The translations under genes and the position numbers were made by a program. From Amphiscolops sp. MND2022 (Eukaryota), in the NCBI GenBank assembly GCA_964187785.1, contig OZ076410.1, positions 30,566,001 to 30,630,000 of the forward strand: DNA of 64,000 nt, read 5' to 3'. Positions 10,762 to 20,059 of this stretch are shown piece by piece (within the stretch, counting starts at the first letter, position 1; each line of letters starts with the position of its first letter). The notes under the pieces are model-generated. The model was not told the origin of the DNA. It was given only the letters and a program-made list of their open reading frames with translations, and did not search any database.

Positions 10762-13700
10762 TTAATATCTGTATGAGTCTGAGTAGTTAGGGTTTCGGTT
10801 TGGGCGTAAGTTGTACTTTTCACCTCTTGTGTTAACTGTTTTTTCTGTTTCTTGTGCATCGATTTCTGGGTTATTTTCGGGAGTTTTTGGGGAATTTTGG
10901 GCTGGGAAATCTTGTGAGATTTCTGGAGTTTTTGAAGTTTCTGGTTTGGATTCATGATTTCTATTTTCTGTAAGTTCTTTTGTGTTTAATTGGGGCTCTT
11001 CGTCAGTCACAGCAGGTTGTTCTGCTGGGGTCACCCCACTGCTTTGAGAAATTTCGGGGGAGGGAATGCGGTATATTTCGGGTTGAGAAGCAGGTTCATA
11101 TTCCACTATATCTTCTTGCTGATTATTAGTTTCATGCTCTGAATCGAAAGGGCTCGATCAAAAATTGGTATCCCAAGTGTTTGCATATAGATCATCTTGG
11201 GCAATGACTGTATCTTCTTTTTGCCAATCAGTTTCCTTTACGAAATTATCCGCTAAGGGCGCTTGTGGAATGTATATTCGTAATCGAATACGATGGAGAA
11301 GTTGAGTTTTGTTTGTGCCCAATCTTCGGACGATATAGTTTTTATTCGGTAAGACTTTCTCGACCTTATAAGGTCCGACCCAACGAAATTCTCTGAAAGG
11401 AATTTTGGTCGTTTGTGTGTCGGCTTTCGGATGTAAGATAGAGCAATAATCCCCCGATGTAAGAGGTGCTGCTCTTGCTTTTCTGTCGTAGTAAGCTTTA
11501 TATTTAAGGTACGATTGCAATATGTTTTTCTTCGTCTGATCGTGAAGTAGTGCGATTCGTCTTTGAACTTCTTCTGCTACTTCGGTTTGGGGTTGGAAAC
11601 GGGGATTTGGATTATACCATTATACCCAAGTTTGAAATCTAGTATATTGTGCGGATTTCGTCCGTGGAAGACCCTTGTGGGTTCGCATCCGAGTGTCGCA
11701 TGATAGGTTGTGTTGTGGTTTAGGACTGCCAAAGGTAGAAGCTTATGCCAGTTTTTTCTGAATTCTCCAGTGGCGGCCTTTAGGTGTGCTTTGACTGATG
11801 CATGAGTGCGTTCCAACAGTCCAATTGTTTGGGCGTGTTTTGTTGTGGCATGTTTAAGTTCTATACTCAGAACTGCAGCTACTTCTTTTGTAACCTGAGA
11901 ATTGAATTGTGTTCCCATATCTGTGTTGATTGTTGTGGGTAGGTATGTGTGTTTGCATAAAATGTCCATGATAACTCTTCCACTGCTGGGGCAGTGATTC
12001 TTGTGACTGGATATGCGAACAGATATCGTGAAAAGACGTCTATTGCTGTTATGATATTGTCATAACCTCCATTTGGGGGAAGATTCGGGAGAATATCCAT
12101 TTGCAATATATCCTCAGGGCCTAAGTCCCATTCCGGGCAATTGAGTAGTTCGGTTTTGAGGAGGTCATTGTTGATCCGCTTGTTTTGTATGCACATTTGA
12201 CATTTCGTGACCCAAGTTCCGATGTGTTTAGCAATGCATGGGTATTAGTATTTTTGTCGTGCTTCTTGGATCATCTTTGTGATACCTGGGTGGTTTGCAT
12301 TATGCCCATGAAGAGCATGTAAGAATTCATCTAAGAGTTGTCGCGGTAAGAGAAATTGGTAATGTGAGATGATACCCGGGTCGTTGTAGTATCTTCTGGT
12401 AAGGATGTCTTGTCGGATTTCAATAACGAGGTATGTTTTGTAGGTAATGTTTATAACTGTAGTCTTGTGTAAGTGCAGTTCCGTCATATGGTTCACCTTG
12501 AATTTTTGCTCGAAGGTTGCGTAAAACTGGATCGTTGTTTTGTTCTAAGCGTACTTTTGCATTGTCTTCGAAGTGACCCTCTCTATAGTCAATTGTTCCA
12601 GCTGTGGGTTTATGGAATTTTTGGATTTGCGACACTTCGTTTTCTGGTTCGTTATCGGATTCTTCTTTTGCTATTCTGCGAAGTGTTTCCTTTTCTTCCC
12701 ATAATTGTTGTTCGGTGGGGATGTCTTGAAGAAGTATGTAGAGGGGTTCTTCTTCAGTAACTCCCGTGGACTGTATGTTAACTTCGATTGCTTTGGTTGT
12801 AACATCATTTCGGATGTTCATTTCGAGTTTTCCGGACGGGTTTATTTCTGCTCTTGAAAGGAGATCAGCAGCTGTGTTCATGGCTCCTGCAACGTGTGCT
12901 ATGACGAAATTGTACTGTAGTACATAATCGCAGGCATTCCAGAGAGGTGGTGGAATTATTTTCGTTTGGAAGAAGCGTGTTACTGAATGGTTATCTGTGA
13001 AGACGATAACGGGAAAAACACTTCCCCCACATGAGGTGTCCAATTTCGGAAAACGCAAAATAAATTGCTTGGACAAAATAAAGTAAATGGACATTTTGAT
13101 TTGAGTTGGATTGAACGTTTTTGACCCAAACGCAATTGGGGCATAGGTTTTTCTTCTGGATTGAAGTTTCTGGTTAGGATCATCTTCAATCATGATGGCG
13201 TAACCGGCTGCTGTAAAACTGGCATCAGTCATCAGAATCAGTTGTTTGTTTTTGATTGGTTGTTTGAGGGCAAGACTGCATGATTTTTCCAGTTGTTGGT
13301 TTAGTTCATTGAAAGTGTCTCGGACTGTATTTGGTATACAGAACTGGGAAGTTTCTTTGAGCAGTTTAAAGAAAGGCGAAAGCTTTCCTGATAACCGAGG
13401 AATGTAGTTTCTGTAGTAGTTGAGAAACCCAATATAACTTTGAAGGGCTGTTTTGGATTTCGGAAATTTGAGTTTCTGAAGAAATTGTTTGACTTTTTCG
13501 GCTTGTGGGGAAACTCTTTCTGGGGTGATTGTTCGTCCCCAGAAGTCAACTTGTTTGACTCCAAAATGGTATTTAGCCATCGTGAGTTTGAGGCCTGCTT
13601 TTCTAATGCATTCGAAGACTGTTTTGATGTTGATGCACAATTGGGTTGAATCATTTGCGGCTATGCCAATGTCATCAACGTATTGGGCTCATTGGTCAGC

Positions 13701-14942
13701 TTTTATCGCTTTGTCCAGGTATTCTCTCAAAAAGGATGAGAAAGCAGACAGAGAGTGGCTTAAGCCTTGAGCAAGGCGTCGGTACGCAAACGTTCGGCTT
13801 GCAAAATTAAATGCCAGCATCTGTATTGACTGGTAGTCTGCCATGTGCAAACAGTGGTATGCTTGGGAGCAATCGAGTTTGCAAAAGAGCTTCTTCCCGG
13901 CCATGTGCTGTGCTGCGTCCGACAAAGTGCTGACTGGGTGGTTGTTGTTTACGTAATCTTGTGTGATAAGATTGTTAATTTTGCCCAAGTCCACGAAAAG
14001 GCGGAGACGTCCATTTGGTTTTCGCTGAGCAAAAATGGGGCTTGCATGTTTAGAAAAAGGTAAGGTCGTGATGATGCCATAACGATGGAGTGGAGCCAGT
14101 TCAACAGTTATGTCATCCTTGAGGTTGATTGGCGTAGGGAGACTTTGGCTGTAGGCTGGTCTATCATCATTAGGCGTCAATTTAACCTTAAATTCTCTGT
14201 TAGTGCCAATATCAAAACGATGTCTGGCAAAGATATCGTGATATTGTACAAGGATGTCTTCAATGTGTTGTTTTTCGAATGGGCTGACAGTGGTGTCGGT
14301 CCAGTCGAAAATTCTTTGTTGAATGGGCGTGTACGTGGTCGGATCACCGGGTTGTTCAGGTGTCGGGAACCAGTACGTTTCTTGTTCGTCTGATGATTGG
14401 TTTGTTTTCATTAGTTGATTGAGGTATAGATCCGTGTTTTCGATGTGTTGGTGCATCATGAAGGTAAGAGTTGATGGGGTCGACTGCTTGATGTGTTTGA
14501 TTTGGTTGGGTTAATACTCGGAAATCTCCCATGTGTGTATCCACGGGAAGAGTGTAAGGCATATCTGAGAAGTTAATCACTTGATACCCTACTGCATTGT
14601 TGTTTACCGTACTGAGTGAAGAGGTAATGAAAATACTTTCGTGTTCCTCCATATGTGAAGACGGAGTCACAATTCCTGTTGCCAGGTTGTCTATCAAATG
14701 GGGCATTTTGCTGGAGATTGCAAGAGTTTCTCCTGTTTGCAGGGTGTAGGTAGTTTCAGTTAACAAAGGTGTTGCTACACGTGTATTTCTTGTGTGTTCA
14801 GGTCGTAGTTGCATTGACAAGTATGAGAATGTTATTATTCCTTGTCGAATATCAAAAAGGTCGAATATCAAAAAGTATGAGAATGTTATTATTCCTTGTC
14901 GAATATCAAAAAGGGCATTGTGTCTTTGTAGAAAACACAATC
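10762..14942 (-). pseudogene. pol: Gypsy B pol: end of protease, PR-RT spacer, RT, RNase H, integrase with GPY/F tail (frameshifts and stops)
   Basis: RLFVDL, KLDCSQAYH, RRLAQGL, AQYVDDIG (preceded by an in-frame TGA); LMTDASF, FTDNHS, NTAADLLSR; HGHNANHPGI; QMDILP, AIDVFSRY, TDMGTQF, GLLERTH; WVGPYKV. Confidence 0.95.
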
Positions 14943-15863
14943 TGTTGGCGCCAGTCATCAGCAGGCAAAGAAAGTCGATTTGGAACATGCTGGTTGAGAA
15001 ACAAGACTTAAACTCTTCAAAACTTAGATGAAAATTTGAAGAAAATCCAATCATCACAAATCTTTAAACCCCCCCCCCCAAATGGGTTTTCTCGAAGTCT
15101 CTCAGTCATAGAGCCATGAAACTTGGCACACATACGCAGATAGCTAACACGAACTCACCGGCTAAGTTTCAAGGTCCTTCACCCATTATAACCCCCTTTA
15201 CCCCTCACATGTGTAGTGTTCAAGGTCATTGAACCAAAAATGTAAACTTTGTTATTTAACCTTATGACCACATTAGAATGTAGCTCTGTTGAAAATATTA
15301 TATTTACATAGTATAAACATACTTTCTAACCCACCTGACCAACATGCCAAAACCACCACTATCTTTGTTTACATAGCCAAAAACTTTAATAATTCACTTA
15401 AATGTCATTTATTTATACTACATATTTCAACTGATATTTGCTCTATATTTACTGTAGAATTGTAAACCACATTTATACCATTATTAGATAGAGATTTTCT
15501 CCACTGTATAGCTATAGTCAAGTTGGGTCTTAGGACCGCGAGACTAATTAATCAACTTCTCAATCTTCACAACTTTTCGCTAGAATTAGAGCGACTAAGT
15601 AGCTACTCTCATAGTTGGAGAGCCGGAGCGCGTGAAGATACTGTGAGGGAAGTGTGTGCAGGATCACATCGGATCCAATTCAGTGCAAAGAGGAATCGCA
15701 GGAGATTCCACGGGTCACATCGGACCCACCAGTCAAAAGATACAGTCCTTTAAAACAAGAAACCAGGAATTGTTTAGTGACGGTCCACAGCACTAAGCAA
15801 CGGATCAGGGCGGCGTAAAGCTTGTCAAGCCTCAGCGCAGGATAAGGGCAAGCAGCCGTTACA
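14943..15863 (+). repeat. 5' LTR of the BEL/Pao element (921 bp)
   Basis: Direct repeat of 19167-20059, with TG...CA termini. Confidence 0.97.
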
Positions 15864-15865
15864 TT

Positions 15866-15932
15866 TGGTCCGCCGACCCGGACAACTAGTTGGTCCGCCG
15901 ACCCGGACTACTCGTTGGTGGACGACCCGGAC
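15866..15932 (+). promoter_or_regulatory. Primer-binding site (tRNA-Tyr-like), in three tandem copies
   Basis: TGGTCCGCCGACCCGGAC at 15866 and 15891, and the variant TGGTGGACGACCCGGAC at 15916; period 25 bp. Resembles the tRNA-Tyr-type BEL PBS TGGTCCTTCGAGCCGG. Confidence 0.75.
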
Positions 15933-16013
15933 TAGAAGAAGACGACTCGTTGGTGTACAACAGAGAAAATTGCCCAGAAAGAACAAGTGTCTGATTCTTG
16001 GAGTCTCTGACTT

Positions 16014-16177
16014 TGTGTCTCTGGGAGATTGGGCTACTGTCTCTGGGAGATTGGGCTACTGTGTCTCTGGGAGATTGGGCTATTGTGTCTCTGGGAGATT
16101 GGGCTATTGTGTCTCTGGGAGATTGGGCTATTGTGTCTCTGGGAGATTGGGCTATTGTGTACTCTGGGAGTTGGGCT
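16014..16177 (+). repeat. 24-bp tandem repeat (6 copies plus one degenerate) in the BEL leader
   Basis: Unit TGTGTCTCTGGGAGATTGGGCTA(T/C); the second unit is 22 bp. Confidence 0.95.
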
Positions 16178-16542
16178 TTAGCAGCACTCTGGAGGTATTT
16201 GTGCATCAATTCTAGTTTTGAGACGAATTGTATTCTTTGGGAACGTATTCCTGATTGAAGCAAAGATCTGGTCTAAGACGTCATTGCAAGTAAATCCACC
16301 AAGTAAAGCCAAGGGATCAAGTCAGAGAGACAAGATCCACCGAAACAATCAAGTTCGTCAAAGAAGGCAAGTATAATCGACAGTATTGGGTTGATTCTTC
16401 AAGAATTGGCTATTGATTACCGGATTGAGCAGTTGACACTTTGTATCTGAGAAATTGCAGAGTTGGGAAAAGTGACAAAGCCTACAAGAAACAATTGTGA
16501 AGTTCGAAAGCCCTCAGTGGAACAAAAGAGTCATATGAACAA

Positions 16543-19221
16543 ATGAAAGCCAAAAAGAAAGAACGGCAAGTGATGCAGCAACTCCGAATGACAAATGTGT
16601 TTGAAGGAAGAAACACAAAGCAGAGCCAACAACTGATGGAAATCAGACCAAAAGAGTTGGAAAATGCGTCAGATTGGTACGCGTGGTGCCTCTATTGGGA
16701 TATTGTACCCCCACATGTGAAAAAGCTCCATACATTGGTAAAAGACTTGGATGACAAGCTCGATGAGGAAGGAGCTGTTGTATCCAAAAGCAAATTGATT
16801 GATCGGGTAATTGAATACCGCGAGAGAAGACAGGCGTTGCTGTTCTGTGTAGACTTTATGTTGAGTCTTACAAATGAAGAAACGCAAAGACAGCTCAGTC
16901 GAAGTGTGACTGAATGGGACGAATGCTTTGCGAAACTGGAATCGAGTTGGGGATATTGGTTCCCCGATGTGCAGCAAATGTTGAAGTGTCCAATTGATGG
17001 GACAAAAGAGTTGAAACTGAGTCAGATGACAAATGGAACATCTGCAGACGCAGCTATGAGATGCCCTCGCACAAAAAAGTTGAGGCAAAGACGTGTCCAT
17101 CAGGCAAAACCTAATTGTGTAAAGAAAACAGCTAGTAAAAAGGAATCACTGAAACGGTCAAGAAGGACCAAGGACCAAGAAAGTTGCTGGGGTATGAGAG
17201 ACAGCATATCTGAAGTGGAAAACTCTATCAACGATGTGACATCACTACTCGAAGAAAACAGTAAGGTGTCTGACGTAACAATCCTGATGGACAACAGACC
17301 AACAGTTAGCACGAAGTGGTCTAATGGAGATCGACTGTTTCCTCTAGCATTAGAGAAAGCGGAAGATCAGAAATCGGATGAAGTCCAAGGCCAAAGAAGC
17401 GAGACTGGACAATTGGAAATAGAGGAACTGGGCAAACATCCAAAACTGGTTGAAACCAGAAGCAACAGAAGCTCAGTGATTTCGAAAAGTTCACTTGCTA
17501 GACGAGTTCTTTATTTGAAAGTAAAAGCTCAGAAAGAGCAAGAAGAACTGCAAACCCGACTCGAGAAACTGAAGCGTGAAGCAATACAAATGGAAATAGC
17601 TGACTTGCATGAACAGCTTGCCCGCAAAGCCAGAATAGCTGAAAAGGAAAGAGAAATAGCGGAAGTGTCGAGCAGTCAGGGGACTAGCTTCCCAAGTGTC
17701 TCATCAGTCGACAGTTTCACGGAAGACTCAAGATGCATGGCTGAGACAGAAACAGTCGAAGACGGCGCTAAGTCCAATATTGCACTATCAGTTCATTTGA
17801 AATCAGAGAATGCAGTGAAATTAGTTCACGAAGGAAAATTCTCCGCGCTTAGGAGAGACTCAAAATCTCCAACAGAAGCCGATGAGCAAGCTGATGACGG
17901 AACGTGCAGAAAAGAACCAATATCACAACCAGACGTGAAACTTGCAAACCAAGGAACCCCGCAGCTCATCACAACGGAATGTATACAGAAATTGTCAGAA
18001 ACATTCATTGTAGACAACGGTCGGCAAGACGTCCGTTCAGAAACCCTCCTCGTGGATACCAAACAGGTTTTGGAAGAAGATATTCACTTGGGCATGAGTG
18101 AGCATTCGATAAGTCAAACAAAGGAGAACTTGAATCACACAATGGCAGAAACAAGGAAGGAGCATAGATTCTTATCATTCGCATCAAGCAAACAATCTTC
18201 GGAAGAATTGAATGTGAAATTGGAGTTGGTGCAAGAGAGTGCAGAAGTTTTCACCGTACAACAGGACATACAGCAAGGGAAAATATTCGAAGTGACCATG
18301 TTTCATGACAGTACTCTACTTCTTGAAGAAGGAAACAAATGTTTTGAATTCGACAAAAGTTATGGATTTGTGCATGAGCAACAATTTGCACTGCTTGATG
18401 ATTGTAATGAAGAAGCAATGTATCGAAAGCTATGCCATGTTGCAGCAAAACATGACAAACCCGTTGAATGCAATGCCAAAGGTGAAACACGTACCATGAT
18501 TGCAACCTTTGGAAAGAAATTTGATTTTAACTTCAAAGTAAGCCTTGTAGAAGAAACTATCCCAAGTAATAACGATGTGTGGAACCCTCGGATTGGTAAT
18601 GGAAACTCTGGGATGGACGCGGTGGCACAGGCTAACGGCATGGATAAAACTCAATTGAGCAAAGGCCACCGCAAGCGACCGAAGAAACAAGCTTGGAAGT
18701 TTGAACACACCTCAAACCTATTACATCGAATGGTCGAATGTGTTCAATTGACAACTGGCATCCTATATGCAAAGATTGTGATAGATGAATTTACAGGCGA
18801 AATATCACTGATGGAAACGCCAATGGGTTCTTCAAAAGCCCGAACAATACCAAGTTCGAAAAATGGGCCTTTCATAGGGCCGGCTGTATCATGGGAAGAA
18901 ATGATGATGCAACTCCAATTTTTTGGAAAATGGATTAAAGAAGAAATTAGACAACTGGAAGTCAATGATTTGGTTTGGATAGTAGATGACAATGTGAAAA
19001 GAGCACACTACAAGACCAGCAGAGTGTTGGAAGTCTATCATGGAAGCGATGGGCGAGTGAGATCAGCGCTGGTGAAAACGGAAGATGGAAAACTCAAAAG
19101 ACCAGTAGTGAAACTGGCACCCATGTTCTACGAAAGTGTTTTTCGGGAGAAAAACAGGGCCGGCAATGTTGGCGCCAGTCATCAGCAGGCAAAGAAAGTC
19201 GATTTGGAACATGCTGGTTGA
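16543..19221 (+). CDS. 892-aa BEL/Pao-derived protein: gag-like N-terminal coiled-coil region, unrecognised middle, integrase remnant and DUF5641-like C-terminus
   Basis: Uninterrupted ORF. The S-rich and coiled-coil stretch (SSLARRVLYLKVKAQKEQEEL...) is typical of BEL gag N-termini. GPFIGPAVSWEEM resembles the integrase P.xGG.WE motif. The stop lies inside the 3' LTR. Confidence 0.8.
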   Translation: MKAKKKERQVMQQLRMTNVFEGRNTKQSQQLMEIRPKELENASDWYAWCLYWDIVPPHVKKLHTLVKDLDDKLDEEGAVVSKSKLIDRVIEYRERRQALLFCVDFMLSLTNEETQRQLSRSVTEWDECFAKLESSWGYWFPDVQQMLKCPIDGTKELKLSQMTNGTSADAAMRCPRTKKLRQRRVHQAKPNCVKKTASKKESLKRSRRTKDQESCWGMRDSISEVENSINDVTSLLEENSKVSDVTILMDNRPTVSTKWSNGDRLFPLALEKAEDQKSDEVQGQRSETGQLEIEELGKHPKLVETRSNRSSVISKSSLARRVLYLKVKAQKEQEELQTRLEKLKREAIQMEIADLHEQLARKARIAEKEREIAEVSSSQGTSFPSVSSVDSFTEDSRCMAETETVEDGAKSNIALSVHLKSENAVKLVHEGKFSALRRDSKSPTEADEQADDGTCRKEPISQPDVKLANQGTPQLITTECIQKLSETFIVDNGRQDVRSETLLVDTKQVLEEDIHLGMSEHSISQTKENLNHTMAETRKEHRFLSFASSKQSSEELNVKLELVQESAEVFTVQQDIQQGKIFEVTMFHDSTLLLEEGNKCFEFDKSYGFVHEQQFALLDDCNEEAMYRKLCHVAAKHDKPVECNAKGETRTMIATFGKKFDFNFKVSLVEETIPSNNDVWNPRIGNGNSGMDAVAQANGMDKTQLSKGHRKRPKKQAWKFEHTSNLLHRMVECVQLTTGILYAKIVIDEFTGEISLMETPMGSSKARTIPSSKNGPFIGPAVSWEEMMMQLQFFGKWIKEEIRQLEVNDLVWIVDDNVKRAHYKTSRVLEVYHGSDGRVRSALVKTEDGKLKRPVVKLAPMFYESVFREKNRAGNVGASHQQAKKVDLEHAG

Positions 19222-20059
19222 GAAACAAGACTTAAACTCTTAAAAACTTAGATGAAAATTTGAAGAAAATCCAATCATCACAAATCTTTAAACCCCCCCC
19301 CCAAATGGGTTTTCTCGAAGTCTCTCAGTCATAGAGCCATGAAACTTGGCACACATACGCAGATAGCTAACACGAACTCACCGGCTAAGTTTCAAGGTCC
19401 TTCACCCATTATAACCCCCTTTACCCCTCACATGTGTAGTGTTCAAGGTCATTGAACCAAAAATGTAAACTTTGTTATTTAACCTTATGACCACATTAGA
19501 ATGTAGCTCTGTTGAAAATATTATATTTACATAGTGTAAACATACTTTCTAACCCACCTGACCAACATGCCAAAACCACCACATTCTTTGTTTACATAGC
19601 CAATAACTTTAATAATTCACTTAAATGTCATTTATTTATACTACATATTTCAACTGATATTTGCTCTATATTTACTGTAGAATTGTAAACCACATTTATA
19701 CCATTATTAGATAGAGATTTTCTCCACTGTATAGCTATAGTCAAGTTGGGTCTTAGGACCGCGAGACTAATTAATCAACTTCTCAATCTTCACAACTTTT
19801 CGCTAGAATTAGAGCGACTAAGTAGCTACTCTCATAGTTGGAGAGCCGGAGCGCGTGAAGATACTGTGAGGGAAGTGTGTGCAGGATCACATCGGATCCA
19901 ATTCAGTGCAAAGAGGAATCGCAGGAGATTCCACGGGTCACATCTTTAAAACAAGAAACCAGGAATTGTTTAGTGACGGTCCACAGCACTAAGCAACGGA
20001 TCAGGGCGGCGTAAAGCTTGTCAAGCCTCAGCGCAGGATAAGGGCAAGCAGCCGTTACA
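19167..20059 (+). repeat. 3' LTR of the BEL/Pao element (893 bp)
   Basis: Differs from the 5' LTR by a 27-bp deletion, one C in a homopolymer run and about five substitutions. Preceded by the purine-rich GGGAGAAAAACAGGGCCGGCAA. Confidence 0.97.

Larger units (their letters stand above)
14943..20059 (+). mobile_element. BEL/Pao LTR retrotransposon, non-autonomous (no RT, RNase H or intact integrase core), recent insertion
   Basis: Paired LTRs TGTTGG...GTTACA, TSD CAATC (14938-14942 and 20060-20064), PBS TGGTCC at 15866. The ORF ends in the BEL-type C-terminal domain (NDLVWIVDD..SRVLEVYHGSDGRVRSALVKTEDG..KRPVVKL, DUF5641-like). Confidence 0.93.

Noticed and set aside
15864-16177. Repeat-spacer array in the BEL leader
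   Set aside because: These are plain tandem repeats of the PBS and of a 24-bp unit, with no variable spacers.
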